DNA of 64,000 nt from Deltaproteobacteria bacterium (lineage in GTDB: Bacteria > Desulfobacterota > GWC2-55-46), in contig JABTVA010000002.1 of NCBI GenBank assembly GCA_015075075.1, positions 65,985-129,984 on the forward strand, given 5' to 3'. The notes under the pieces were generated by a model. It made no database searches and was not told where the DNA came from. It was given only the letters and a program-made list of their open reading frames with translations. Numbering within the stretch: the stretch's first letter is position 1; every line of letters begins with the position of its first letter. Both the position numbers and the translations under genes were made by a program. Of the stretch, positions 23,027 to 32,916 are shown one piece after another.

Positions 23027-24169
23027 TCAGATGAGGAACCTTCTCCTCCGGTTGTCCTTCCTGTCGGGGCTAACGGGCGACGTTACGACCTCGGCCCCCT
23101 CGCCGATGCCGCCCCTTATCTCGATCAGGGTCCCGTCGGTCTCGCCCGTCTCTACCGGCACGAACTCCTGTTCCTTGCCCTTTACAACGTAGACCCCGGT
23201 CTTTCTGTCAAGCGTCTTTATGGCCTCCCTCGGGACGAGGACAACGCCGTTTTTCGTGCTCGTTACTATCTTTACGTCAGCGGTCATGCCGGGCTTGAGG
23301 AGCGCCTTGTCCCTGTCCGTGACCCTCACTACCACGTCGAAGACCGTTACCGCCATCTCGGTCCTCCCCTTGGGCGCGACCCGCTCGACAGCCCCCTGGA
23401 ACTTCCTTCCCGGAAGGGAATCGGCCCTCACTTCCACGTCCTGCCCGGGCCGTATCTTCGAGATGTCCACCTCGTCTATGTGCGCTGTGACGAAAATGTC
23501 GTCAAGGTTGGCGATGCTGAATATCTGCGTGCCGTCAGAGGCGGATGAGATGGTCGAGGATATGACCTGCCCCCTGTCCACGAACTTTTTGAGTATCGTC
23601 CCTGTAAATGGCGACTTTATCTTCGTGTCCGCGAGCCTGTCCCTGGCCTCTTTAAGCGCCTCCACGGACTGCAGGAGCTCGGCCTCCGAGAGCTTCACGT
23701 CGGCCCCGGCCTTCTCGAAAGCTATCTCGGAATCATCGAGCTCCTGCCGCGAGATGATGCCATCACCATAGAGCGTACCCTGCCTTTTAAGCCTCACCCC
23801 GGCGTCCTTGAGGGCTATCCTGGCCTTCTCAAGCCTGGCCTCGGCCATGAGGAGCACCGCCTCGGCCTGCTTTGCCCTGGCCTCCTCGGTTGCCGGGTCG
23901 AGGCTTACGACCACATCGCCTTTTTCCACCAGGTCGCCCTCGTTGAACGGAAAATCTATTATCTCGCCGCCCGCCTTGCTCTTTACTATGACCTCGACCT
24001 CGGGGTTTATTATCCCGTTGGCGGCTGCCTCTATCTTAAGGTCTCCCATGCCGGCCTTTGCGGTCTTCCTCTCTTCGGCGCCGGGTCCTTGCCCGGCGGT
24101 CAGCCAGAATGCCGCGACGGCCGCCAGGATAACGGCCGCTCCGAGCCCGTACAGTATCCTCTTTTTCAT
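23027..24169 (-). CDS. efflux RND-type periplasmic adaptor (membrane fusion protein, MacA/HlyD family)
   Basis: 380 aa. Has an N-terminal TM segment plus lipoyl, coiled-coil hairpin and beta-barrel architecture. Confidence 0.8.
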   Translation of the reverse strand: MKKRILYGLGAAVILAAVAAFWLTAGQGPGAEERKTAKAGMGDLKIEAAANGIINPEVEVIVKSKAGGEIIDFPFNEGDLVEKGDVVVSLDPATEEARAKQAEAVLLMAEARLEKARIALKDAGVRLKRQGTLYGDGIISRQELDDSEIAFEKAGADVKLSEAELLQSVEALKEARDRLADTKIKSPFTGTILKKFVDRGQVISSTISSASDGTQIFSIANLDDIFVTAHIDEVDISKIRPGQDVEVRADSLPGRKFQGAVERVAPKGRTEMAVTVFDVVVRVTDRDKALLKPGMTADVKIVTSTKNGVVLVPREAIKTLDRKTGVYVVKGKEQEFVPVETGETDGTLIEIRGGIGEGAEVVTSPVSPDRKDNRRRRFLI

Positions 24170-25659
24170 CTCACCTCTGAAGCGTCTTTTATGTTGATGC
24201 CAAGCTCCTCAAGGAGGGTCCCCTTTTCCCGGTAGAACCTGAGAAGCGTTAGATTATACCCCGATACGGCGTCAAGCCGCTTAAGTCTCGACTGGAGGAG
24301 GTCGTCCTGGATCCTCAGCACGTTGAAGGTAGTCGACCTCCCTGCCTGGAGCTTCCTCTCCTCCGCCGCGAGCGTTTCTTCCGCGAGAGCCACCGATTCA
24401 TCCGCCGCCTCAAGCCTCTTTTTGTCCGTGTCTATCGCCTTTATGGCCTCGTCGAGCCCGAAGACGATGTCCTGCTCGATTCGCTTAAGGAGCATCTTAA
24501 GCTGCATGGCTTCAACGCCCGCGGCCTCCTGCGAGCCCCTGGCTGTCCTATTCCCGAGCGGGTAGCTGAAGGCGAGGCCCACGAGCCATTGGGGGTTGGA
24601 ATCAATCCCGCTGAACGAGTCGGAAAAGGACTCGCCGAGGCCGCTATAACCGAACCTGGCCTCGACGTCCACGGCAGGATAGCCGAGGTCCTTCGCGTAC
24701 CGCGCCTGTATTCTATTTCTTTCGAGGGCGGCCCTGGCCTGAAGGTACTCGGGCCTGGCCTCGAGCGCCCTTGCTGCCGATGCTTCGAGACCCTCCCCCG
24801 AAGGCTTTAGCGTCCCGTCCCCTGCCGGGACGAGCTCGGTGCCGGCCATCGCATACGGGTCGCCCGCGATGAGCGACTTAAGCGAGCGCTCGGCGGACTG
24901 GACCGCCTTCCTTGATATGAGCACGTCCTCTTTCCTTGACGCAACGGCCGCCTCGGCCTGCACAAGCTCGAGCCTGGAAATAACGCCGGCCTGCAGGCGC
25001 TTCCTGCTCGCTTCGAGAAGGGTCTCGGCCAACTTCAGGGATTCCGTCCGCACGTCCAGCGCGCCCCGGGCGTTCATGAGCCCCCACCACGCCTCGCCGT
25101 AAAGGGTAATCGCGTCCAGAAGGGCGCGCTTAAGCTCTTCTGCGGATATCTGCCTGTCCTTTTTTAAAAGGTTTATCTCGATAAGGTTCGAGTCGCCGTA
25201 GCCCCGGAGGAGCGGCTGGCGGAGAGAGACCCCTGTGAAGGACTCGTATTCGAACTCCTGGCCGCTCAACGTGTCCGCTGTCCAGGCGGATGTCGCCTCG
25301 AGCGTGTACTGGGTGCCGAGGCCGGTCCGCCCTGTAACGCCCGCGTTGAGGTAATAGGACTCGGACTCTATGGAGCGGAGCCCGCCCGCGGCAACGCTTG
25401 AACGCGAGCTCAATGGCGTGGTTGTGTCCTGCCTTGAGAGCGTGCCGAAGGCGACCGGGTCGAATGAGCCGTGGGCGCCGAGGACCCTTGCGTCGATCAA
25501 TTTCGGCTCAAGCCGCCTTACGCCAAGGTCGAGGTTATTGTCAAGGAGCATGAGTATGCCGCTTCTGAAGCCAAGATGAAGGGTCTCTGCAGAGGCTTGC
25601 GCGCCTGAAAGGAGTGCCAGTAACGAGGCAAGTACGGTAAGTATCCGGATGTTAGGCAT
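24166..25659 (-). CDS. TolC-family outer membrane efflux protein
   Basis: 497 aa with a signal peptide and two-repeat OEP architecture. Overlaps the start of the downstream adaptor gene by four nucleotides (ATGA). Confidence 0.8.
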   Translation of the reverse strand: MPNIRILTVLASLLALLSGAQASAETLHLGFRSGILMLLDNNLDLGVRRLEPKLIDARVLGAHGSFDPVAFGTLSRQDTTTPLSSRSSVAAGGLRSIESESYYLNAGVTGRTGLGTQYTLEATSAWTADTLSGQEFEYESFTGVSLRQPLLRGYGDSNLIEINLLKKDRQISAEELKRALLDAITLYGEAWWGLMNARGALDVRTESLKLAETLLEASRKRLQAGVISRLELVQAEAAVASRKEDVLISRKAVQSAERSLKSLIAGDPYAMAGTELVPAGDGTLKPSGEGLEASAARALEARPEYLQARAALERNRIQARYAKDLGYPAVDVEARFGYSGLGESFSDSFSGIDSNPQWLVGLAFSYPLGNRTARGSQEAAGVEAMQLKMLLKRIEQDIVFGLDEAIKAIDTDKKRLEAADESVALAEETLAAEERKLQAGRSTTFNVLRIQDDLLQSRLKRLDAVSGYNLTLLRFYREKGTLLEELGINIKDASEVR

Positions 25660-25755
25660 CGGAAATAAAACGTAAATAGCGGGGGAAAGGTTCCGTCAAG
25701 CGCCCGGCGGACGCGAAGTCTTGACCTGCAATACCGCAAAAACAGCGGCGGCTTG

Positions 25756-25782
25756 CCTGAAAGGGCTCAGGTCGTTTTTTTT
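25756..25782 (+). terminator. hairpin (CCTGA-aagggc-TCAGG) followed by T8, overlapping the stop codon of the minus-strand gene at 25767
   Basis: Sequence shows a canonical plus-strand intrinsic terminator with no plus-strand gene upstream. On the minus strand the T-run sits 13 nt from the stem. Confidence 0.3.
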
Positions 25783-26447
25783 CCCGCGGGCCTCGCGGGC
25801 TCCCTCAAAAGGGTCTTCCTCGGCCTTATGCCGACGGAATGGTCCTTGGGAGGGGCCGTTTTTCTGAGGAGGTCGAGCCGCCCCTGCCTCTCAAGCCTCC
25901 TGTATATGCGCACCCAGGCGCACTCGCATTCAATGTTGACCTCGCACATGCCGTCCGCAACGCCGCCGCACGGGCCGTTAAGGAGGCCCTTGGGGCATTC
26001 GGTGTGCGGGCATATGCCGCCGGTCGCCGCGAGCACGCACTCGCCGCATAGAGAGCACCCCTCGAAGAACCTGCCGACCCGCTCGACGGTAGCGAGAAAG
26101 GTCGAGTCCAGGGCCGGGAGAACGGGCTGGGACTCTTCGGCCGCGTCCGCGACCGTCCTGACGCCCGCGCCGCAGGCGAGCACAAGCACCGCCTCGGCTT
26201 CCCTGAGGGCCTCGTTCTCCCTGTAGGCCTTCAGGACCAGCTGCCTGTAGCAGGTCTCTTCCGGGAGCGAGCTCCCCAGTACCCTTATGCCGTTCTCCTC
26301 GAGGACCCGGGCCATCTCTTCGAGCTCCTTTTTCCCGCCGGTCGAGCACTGCTCGGCGCAGGAGTCGCAGCCGAAGAGGTATACGGTCTTTTTACCCTCG
26401 AGAGACCCGAGTATCTCCTGTATGTCTTTCTTTTCGGTGATTATCAT
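25767..26447 (-). CDS. methylenetetrahydrofolate reductase C-terminal domain-like zinc protein (MetV-like)
   Basis: 226 aa. Cys-rich motifs CDSCAEQC, CSLCGEC and LNGPCGG match the MTHFR_C family. Adjacent to folD. Confidence 0.6.
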   Translation of the reverse strand: MIITEKKDIQEILGSLEGKKTVYLFGCDSCAEQCSTGGKKELEEMARVLEENGIRVLGSSLPEETCYRQLVLKAYRENEALREAEAVLVLACGAGVRTVADAAEESQPVLPALDSTFLATVERVGRFFEGCSLCGECVLAATGGICPHTECPKGLLNGPCGGVADGMCEVNIECECAWVRIYRRLERQGRLDLLRKTAPPKDHSVGIRPRKTLLREPARPAGKKTT

Positions 26448-26550
26448 TTTAAAGGGAAAGAGCGCAAGGTTTTGTGCAACGTCCGAACTAAGGCACGATT
26501 GCGAGCGAAAAGAAAGAATATTTGATTTTCGTTAATGCCCGGAGCCTGCC

Positions 26551-27408
26551 TTATGAGGCGCTTCGCTTGGCGGCTTCCACCGTGTTCTTAAGGAGCATGG
26601 CTATGGTCATGGGGCCCACCCCGCCCGGGACCGGAGTTATGAAGCCGGCCCGCCTGGATGCGCCCTCGAAATCAACGTCGCCCACGAGCTTGCCCTCGGA
26701 AGTCCGGTTTATGCCCACGTCGACGACAACGGCCCCTTCCTTTATCCAGTCGCCGCGCACGAACTCGGCCCTGCCCACGGCCGCGACGACCACGTCCGCG
26801 CTGCGGACCCTCTCCGGAAGGTCCCTTGTCTTGGAATGGCAGATGGTAACTGTAGCGTTTCTCCTCAAGAGCATCATGGACATGGGCTTCCCGACAATGT
26901 TACTCCTGCCGATGACGACCGCGTCCTTGCCCGAGAGCTCCATACCGGTCGAGTCTATGAGGTGCATCACGCCATACGGGGTGCAAGGCTGGAGCACCGG
27001 GTTTCCGATCATGAGCCGCCCGATATTGTATGGATGGAAGCCGTCGACGTCCTTCCGGGGAGATATCTCCTCGAGGATGGTCTCCTCGTTAATCTGTTTG
27101 GGGAGCGGGAGCTGGACGAGTATGCCGTGCACGTCCCTCGATGAGTTCAGGTCCCTTATGAGGCGAAGGAGCTCTTCCTGGGTGGTGGACTCGGGGAGGG
27201 CGTGCCTATCCGACCTTATGCCGACCTCCCCGCAGGCCTTGACCTTGTTCCGCACATAGAGCTGGGAGGCCTGGTTTTCTCCCACCACGACCACGGTGAG
27301 GCCCGGGACTATGCCGGACTCCTCCTTCAAGGCAAGTATCTCGGATTTGAGCTCCGCCCTTACCCTGGCGGCGATTTCCTTCCCGTCTATTATCGCGGCT
27401 GTCTTCAT
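26551..27408 (-). CDS. folD: bifunctional methylenetetrahydrofolate dehydrogenase/cyclohydrolase
   Basis: Start placed at the internal [13 protein letters not shown] with a GGAGA RBS; the ORF-track start at 27678 is an extension. 286 aa, typical FolD. Confidence 0.9.
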   Translation of the reverse strand: MKTAAIIDGKEIAARVRAELKSEILALKEESGIVPGLTVVVVGENQASQLYVRNKVKACGEVGIRSDRHALPESTTQEELLRLIRDLNSSRDVHGILVQLPLPKQINEETILEEISPRKDVDGFHPYNIGRLMIGNPVLQPCTPYGVMHLIDSTGMELSGKDAVVIGRSNIVGKPMSMMLLRRNATVTICHSKTRDLPERVRSADVVVAAVGRAEFVRGDWIKEGAVVVDVGINRTSEGKLVGDVDFEGASRRAGFITPVPGGVGPMTIAMLLKNTVEAAKRSAS

Positions 27409-27695
27409 CTTCTCCAAGGCGCTCTGTTTTTTTCCAAACGAGTATACTTTAATACACCCTGTAATGCAAAGAAAATTGAAGACTTCTGCAACCGTGCCTT
27501 TTTCGGCGACAGAGTGGAGATTGGCGGCTGAATGGGGCAATTCGTCTTGACACCGCGTGAGGAACGGTGATTTATTATCGGGGCTTTCGCATGACCCCTG
27601 GGCCAAGTCCGGGGTTGCCTGGGGAGATCCGCAGCCCTGTTGCCGGGCCGCAAAACCCGTTTTTTCGCTGGAAGGCACGAAGGAAAGGAGGGATA

Positions 27696-28007
27696 ATGAA
27701 TTTTCTGGATAGCGTTAACGAGGAGCTTAAAAAGGCGGTCGAGGAAGGCTGGGCTGCCTTAAAGGAAAGCGCCCAATCAGGAAGGCTCCGCCTTAAGCTC
27801 CACAACCTCAACAGGGAGGCAGAGAAACGCTTCAGGGAGATAGGCGGGATAGTTTACGAATCGGAGAGGCTCCACAGGGAAGACCCGCTCAAAAGCCCGG
27901 AATTGCAGAGGCTTGTTGCCGAGATCAGGCAGATAGAGGCGGAAACGGAGGCCCTCAGGGAAGAGTTGAAGAAACTCAAGGGCAAGGAGCCGTCCGTACC
28001 TAAATAG
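27696..28007 (+). CDS. hypothetical coiled-coil protein (103 aa)
   Basis: ATG preceded by AAGGAAAGGAGGG RBS. Lys/Glu-rich helical sequence. Internal start chosen over the ORF-track start at 27567. Confidence 0.5.
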   Translation: MNFLDSVNEELKKAVEEGWAALKESAQSGRLRLKLHNLNREAEKRFREIGGIVYESERLHREDPLKSPELQRLVAEIRQIEAETEALREELKKLKGKEPSVPK

Positions 28008-28072
28008 CACGTTTCCATCTCCATGCAGCCCGCCTTTGCATCGGCCCTAAAAATAAGCCTTTTTAAGCCCAT

Positions 28073-30058
28073 ATGGAAAACATACCTCTTCTAAGGGACA
28101 TAGTAATCCTGCTTGCGGTCTCGGTGCCGCTAAGCATGCTCCTTTCGAGGCTCGGCCTGCCTACGGTTGTGGGGTTCCTCATAACCGGCATCGTCATCGG
28201 CCCCTACGGGTTCGGGCTCGTTAGGGACGTGCACACAGTGGAACTCCTTGCACAGGTCGGCGTGGTGCTCCTCCTTTTCACCATCGGCCTCGAGTTCTCT
28301 ATTTCCAAGCTCCTTAATATCAGGCGCGAGGGACTTATCGGCGGCGGCCTCCAGGTGGGGCTCACGGTGCTTTGCGTCGCGGTCCTCTCCCTTGTCCTCG
28401 GGTATGACCTTAAGGTCGCCGTGCTCCTGGGCTTCGTCGTGTCCCTCTCATCTACCGCCATAGTCCTTAAGCTCCTGGCCGACAGGGGTGACGTGAATAC
28501 GCCCCACGGCAACTTCTCGGTCGGGGTGCTCATATTCCAGGACCTTGCCGTGGTCCTCATGGTCATGGTCCTGCAGTCCATAGGGCTTAACGGAGGGGCC
28601 TCACCGCTCGATATCTCCAAGAAGCTCGGGGTCTCGTTCGCGGCGTTCGCGATAATCGTCGCCGGAGTCGTGTGGCTCATTCCCAGGCTCTTCGACCAGG
28701 TAGTGAAGCTCCGCAATAGAGAGGTCTTCATCCTCACCATCGTCCTCGTCTGCCTGGGCACGGCCTGGTTCACGTCCCTTTTCGGCCTCTCGCTCGCGCT
28801 CGGGGCCTTCATAGCCGGGCTCGCCATCTCGGAATCCGAGTACAGCAACCAGATAGTGGCGGAGGTCATCCCGTTCAGGGATACCTTCTCAAGCCTCTTT
28901 TTCATATCCATCGGCATGCTCCTCGACCTGAGCTTCTTTATCGGCCACATAGGGTGGGTGGCGCTCCTGGTGGCGGCCATCATAGCGACAAAGGCGCTGG
29001 TCGTAATCGGCATCGGGCGGGTATTGAAGTACCCGTTCAGGCTTTCGGTCATAGTGGGCCTGAACCTCGCGCAGATAGGCGAGTTCTCCTTCATCCTCAT
29101 AAAGATGGGACAGGACTATAACCTCTTGAACGAGGTCCTTTACCAGTCCTTCCTGGCCTCGGCCATCATAACGATGGCCCTTACGCCATTCATATACCAG
29201 AGGTCGGCGAGGCTCGCCTTTGACCTCGGGAAGCTCCTCGGCATGGGCGGCGGGCACCCGGGCCAGAAAAAGACCCATCTCTCGAACCACGTCATAATAG
29301 TCGGCTACGGACTTAACGGACGGAACCTCGCGCGGGTATTGAAGGAGACGGGCATCCCCCACGCTATAATGGAAATGAACATGGAGCGGGTAAAGGCGGC
29401 CAAGGCCGAGGGGCACAGCGCCTATTTCGGCGACGCGAGCCACCCGGAGGTCTTCAAGAAACTGGGGGTCGAGAAGGCGAAGATGGTGGTGACCGCCATA
29501 TCAGACCCCATAAGCACGAGGGCGATCGTAAAGACGGCGCGCGAGATAAGCCCGACCGTCTCCATAATAGTGAGGACCAGGTTCGTTAAGGAGGTGGAGG
29601 ACCTTTACAGGCTCGGAGCCAACCAGGTCATACCAGAGGAGTTCGAGACCTCGGTAGAGATATTCGCGCGCGTGCTCAAGGACTACCGGATACCCACGAA
29701 CATCATCCAGAACCAGATAGACCTTATCCGGGAGGAAGGCTACGCGATGCTGCGGAACCCGGCGCTCTCGACCGACAGGCTCTCAAGGCTCTCGGCCATA
29801 CTGGAAAAGACGGTCATGGACACCTTCTATGTGGACGATGCCTGTTCGGTTGCGGGGTCTACGTTAAGGGACCTTGATTTCAGGAAGAGGACCGGCGCGA
29901 CGGTCATAGCCATAGCAAGGGGGAACGTGGCAAATACGAACCCCGGGCCGGATTTCAGTATAGAGAAGGGGGACATACTGGTGCTTTTAGGGAGCCACGC
30001 CCAGCTTGCCGCGGCATTTCAGATACTGAACGAGAAGTGCCCTATTACAAAGGCATGA
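28073..30058 (+). CDS. monovalent cation:proton antiporter-2 (CPA2) family K+/H+ antiporter with C-terminal RCK (TrkA-N/TrkA-C) domains
   Basis: 661 aa. About 12 TM helices of the Na_H_exchanger type, then a Rossmann segment IIVGYGLNGRNLA and a TrkA-C domain. Confidence 0.85.
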   Translation: MENIPLLRDIVILLAVSVPLSMLLSRLGLPTVVGFLITGIVIGPYGFGLVRDVHTVELLAQVGVVLLLFTIGLEFSISKLLNIRREGLIGGGLQVGLTVLCVAVLSLVLGYDLKVAVLLGFVVSLSSTAIVLKLLADRGDVNTPHGNFSVGVLIFQDLAVVLMVMVLQSIGLNGGASPLDISKKLGVSFAAFAIIVAGVVWLIPRLFDQVVKLRNREVFILTIVLVCLGTAWFTSLFGLSLALGAFIAGLAISESEYSNQIVAEVIPFRDTFSSLFFISIGMLLDLSFFIGHIGWVALLVAAIIATKALVVIGIGRVLKYPFRLSVIVGLNLAQIGEFSFILIKMGQDYNLLNEVLYQSFLASAIITMALTPFIYQRSARLAFDLGKLLGMGGGHPGQKKTHLSNHVIIVGYGLNGRNLARVLKETGIPHAIMEMNMERVKAAKAEGHSAYFGDASHPEVFKKLGVEKAKMVVTAISDPISTRAIVKTAREISPTVSIIVRTRFVKEVEDLYRLGANQVIPEEFETSVEIFARVLKDYRIPTNIIQNQIDLIREEGYAMLRNPALSTDRLSRLSAILEKTVMDTFYVDDACSVAGSTLRDLDFRKRTGATVIAIARGNVANTNPGPDFSIEKGDILVLLGSHAQLAAAFQILNEKCPITKA

Positions 30059-30131
30059 ACCCTTGCCGGGAGCAAATACCCAGGCAGACCTTTCGCTCGA
30101 CTCCCAGCCAGAGTTCCTGAATGTATAAATG

Positions 30132-30159
30132 AAAAAGGGAGCTAAAAGCTCCCTTTTCT
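30132..30159. terminator. bidirectional rho-independent terminator (AAAAAGGGAGCT-aaa-AGCTCCCTTTT)
   Basis: 7-bp GC-rich stem with A and T runs on both sides. Positioned after the antiporter (+) and after the small ORF (-). Confidence 0.7.
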
Positions 30160-30181
30160 CTGGTTAAAAAACCTCCGTCTC

Positions 30182-30385
30182 TCAATCCCTTTTTTCGCTT
30201 TCAGGCATATCTCTACCCGCCTCTTCCGGCTCGGGCGGGAAAGGGCCGTTGGAATACCTGCACGGGCCGGTCTTAAGGAAACACGACTGGATGAGCTTCC
30301 TCTTCTCGTACTGGTTGTAGCAGAACCAGCTCTCTTTTCCGTTCTCGTTCTTGATTATGGTAAGGAACCTGCAACGGCTGTCCAT
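30182..30385 (-). CDS. hypothetical small protein (67 aa, 4 Cys)
   Basis: ORF with a weak GGGG RBS. Its 3' end abuts the bidirectional terminator. No recognisable family. Confidence 0.3.
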   Translation of the reverse strand: MDSRCRFLTIIKNENGKESWFCYNQYEKRKLIQSCFLKTGPCRYSNGPFPPEPEEAGRDMPESEKRD

Positions 30386-30492
30386 GTAAAAACCCCTGAT
30401 TTGATGGTAACATTTATGGGGACAGGGGTCAATGGAGCAGCACCAGGGGATAAGGGAAACAGGATGAGGGGAGCGAGTTTTATTGTGGAAAA

Positions 30493-30569
30493 TTGGCGCG
30501 CCCGGAGGGATTCGAACCCCCGACCCTCTGATTCGTAGTCAGATGCTCTGTCCAGCTGAGCCACGGGCG
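30493..30569 (-). tRNA. tRNA-Arg (anticodon ACG), CCA encoded
   Basis: Reverse complement GCGCCCGTGGCTCAGCTGGACAGAGCATCTGACTACGAATCAGAGGGTCGGGGGTTCGAATCCCTCCGGGCGCGCCA folds as a cloverleaf. Anticodon loop is CTACGAA, the T-loop GGTTCGAATCC, and the 3' end is CCA. Confidence 0.9.
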
Positions 30570-30767
30570 CTTATGCTTGCTTTTTCCCGGAAATGCCCTG
30601 AGAGGCCTGAAAGAAAAACTGTTTGCAACCAAAGGCGGGCCCAAAATAACGGCCCGGCCTTGTTCGCCAAAAGATTTTAACATCTGGGGATTTTCAGTCA
30701 AGAGATTAGTAGAGGCGCTCTCAGCGAATAAGAACCCGGGGACCCTGCGGGCAGCCACCGGGCAAGT

Positions 30768-30802
30768 GTCTTTTTATTTTATGCGGAAAAAAATAAAAAG
30801 AC
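30768..30802. repeat. AT-rich 13-bp inverted repeat (GTCTTTTTATTTT / AAAATAAAAAGAC) upstream of tRNA-Arg
   Basis: The sequence shows a perfect palindrome with a 9-nt loop. Function unknown. Confidence 0.5.
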
Positions 30803-31065
30803 AGGGAGCTTCGCTCGCCTGCCTTTCCCTTGAAAGGCGTCCGGGCCTGAGCCCATCCCCAGCCCCGCTCCGGGCCCGGGCGCCTTGTAAGGCATGATAT
30901 AGGATTGGTTTAAACTTACGGGACGAAACACACGCATTATATACTGAGGGCATGGTTCCTGGAACTGTACCCAAGTACAGTCCGCCTCCTCCGCTTATTA
31001 ACCTTTGCAACTCTCTGAATAATCAAATAGAATGGAAAGACGGCTGCGATTTTCAGGAGGCTTGG

Positions 31066-31320
31066 ATGGACTCGATAACATTCCTGGGGCTTCTGGGCGG
31101 GACCCTTACTACCGCCTCATTTTTCCCCCAGGTGGTCAAAACGATAAAGACCCGCTCGACAAAAGACGTTTCGTTCGCGATGTTCCTGCTCCTGTCCATC
31201 GGGATAACCATCTGGATAATATACGGTATCAAGATAGGCTCCATCCCGGTGGTGATAGCGAATTCCGTCTCGCTCGTCTTCTCGCTTATCATCCTGATAC
31301 TCAAGCTGGTATATAAATAG
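31066..31320 (+). CDS. SemiSWEET / PQ-loop (MtN3-like) three-TM sugar transporter
   Basis: 84 aa. AGGAGG RBS 6 nt upstream. Contains the PQ motif (FFPQVVKTIKTRSTKDVS) and three hydrophobic helices. Confidence 0.7.
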   Translation: MDSITFLGLLGGTLTTASFFPQVVKTIKTRSTKDVSFAMFLLLSIGITIWIIYGIKIGSIPVVIANSVSLVFSLIILILKLVYK

Positions 31321-31372
31321 GAGGGCTGCGGAAACCCTTTTCTGCATGGACCCGGGGACAGGGCTTCGTTCT

Positions 31373-31404
31373 ATTTGCCATGCCGGCATTATATGATATA
31401 ATCG
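31373..31404 (+). promoter_or_regulatory. sigma70-type promoter TTGCCA-N16-TATAAT
   Basis: Near-consensus hexamers with correct spacing, about 60 nt upstream of the acpS start. Confidence 0.5.
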
Positions 31405-31464
31405 CGGTCAAACATCCCCCCTCAAACAGTAACATTGCAAGAAGGCAGGCAACGGAGCCGGTCT

Positions 31465-31827
31465 GTGGGCAACTTTTCTTCAGGAATAGACGTGGTTTCC
31501 CTTGAAAGGGCCGAAAGGTCTTTTTCAAACGCCCGTTTCCTTAGCTCGGTTTTTACAGACCGGGAGATCGAACTGGCGTACTCCATGAGGGAGCCGGGAA
31601 GGCACCTGGCCGGCAGGTTCGCTGCCAAGGAGGCCTTTGTAAAGGCCCTCTCAAAAGGCATCCTATCAGGCATAAGGCTTAAGGACATAGAGATCACTGC
31701 AACGCCAGGCGGCCCTCCGGCTTTCAAGCTCGGCAAAAAGCCCGAAGGCCTTGTGGCCGGCAGGAGCGTACACTTAAGCCTTTCATATACAAGTCATTTC
31801 GCATTCGCTCTCGTCGTAATAGGCTGA
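31465..31827 (+). CDS. acpS: holo-[acyl-carrier-protein] synthase (4'-phosphopantetheinyl transferase)
   Basis: GIDVVSLERAE...FLSSVFTDREIE...AKEAFVKAL...SLSYTSHFAFALVVI matches AcpS. The start (GTG at 31465) is uncertain. Confidence 0.7.
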   Translation: MGNFSSGIDVVSLERAERSFSNARFLSSVFTDREIELAYSMREPGRHLAGRFAAKEAFVKALSKGILSGIRLKDIEITATPGGPPAFKLGKKPEGLVAGRSVHLSLSYTSHFAFALVVIG

Positions 31828-32005
31828 GCTGCCCGGCCTTAAACGATGGATTTGGCGCTCAAAATATTTAATAATTCTACTTTTCTTCCGAAATATACGA
31901 TATGCTTGCCGCTCCTTATTTTCCATTTGAAAAATTGTGATATACTGTTTTAGAATGCTCGCAAGAACACGGAACGTTTAAAGCCGTAACCAAACTGGGT
32001 TTCAG

Positions 32006-32673
32006 GTGAATCCGCACCGGAGGATGGAGTTGGCACAGGTAGTAATAGCGATGAGCAATATCCTTCTATCAGAGGGTATTGACACGCTCATAGGGTCTGA
32101 AAAGGAACTCTCCGTTTCCAGGATACTCACGCCGGGGAAGGAATATTCGAACGAGGATCCCAGTCTTTGGGTTCTTCCGTCGTCATAACGGATTTCATGA
32201 CCCTGCATAATGCGTTCCCCGGCCTCGATGAAGCCGTAAAGAAGCCCCCTTTCATTCTCATTGATACGGACTGCGGCAGGGAAAACCTCGTATCAGCGGT
32301 CCTCAGGAAGAAGATAAACGGGGTACTTCTCGGGGATTCGAGTCCTGAGCTCCTTATAAAGGCGATAAAGGCAGTCGCGAAAGGCGACATCTGGCTCGAC
32401 AAGCAGACCTTCAAGAACATACTCCACGGCATTAACGCGCTGGGGAGCGAAAAGAACTCCCTGTCTCCCAGGGAAAAGGAAATCGTACAGCTTACGGGAA
32501 AGGGGCTCAGGAACAAGGAGATAGCCCAGAAGCTCAATATAAGCGAGACGACGGTAAAGACGCACCTTAACAGGATTTTCCAGAAGCTCAACATAAAAGC
32601 CCGTTCCGAGCTCATAAGTTACGCGATAAAGAACCATGCCATGAACAACCACAGCCTGAGAAATACGATATAA
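32006..32673 (+). CDS. LuxR-family response regulator (atypical receiver plus HTH; probable frameshift near 32160-32190)
   Basis: Two overlapping ORFs. The first (MELAQVVIAMSNILLSEGID...) looks like a REC N-terminus. The second has the DTD phospho-acceptor region FILIDTDCG and a C-terminal LuxR HTH (LSPREKEIVQLTGKGLRNKEIAQKLNISETTVKTHLNRIFQKL). Confidence 0.55.
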
Positions 32674-32852
32674 GCCCTCCGATTTTCCTATTCGCCGTAA
32701 CCCCCGATAAAAAAACACTTCTTTAAAGACCTGCCGCATGGGAAACAGCCATTTGCACCCGTTCCTCAACCCCTGTCAATACAACCAAAGTACTACTCCA
32801 GCCTGAAAAGGTTGTACTACCTCTTTCATGATTTTGTATACCTTTGAAGGAT

Positions 32853-32880
32853 TGCCAATTCCCCGGACCGCGACTATCAT
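32853..32880 (+). promoter_or_regulatory. candidate sigma70 promoter TTGCCA-N16-TATCAT upstream of the PilZ/EPS-export operon
   Basis: Hexamers read from the sequence, about 37 nt upstream of the PilZ TTG start. Confidence 0.35.
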
Positions 32881-32916
32881 GGGCCGTCCAAAATAAGTTT
32901 CAGGGGCAAGGGCCTG

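Noticed and set aside
26551-27678. ORF-track N-terminal extensions of folD (to 27678), lysS (to 18591), the coiled-coil gene (from 27567), waaA (to 4319), lolD (to 15745) and skp (to 12189)
   Set aside because: Internal starts with RBSs and family-typical N-termini fit much better. The extensions are low-complexity and overlap neighbouring genes or intergenic promoters.
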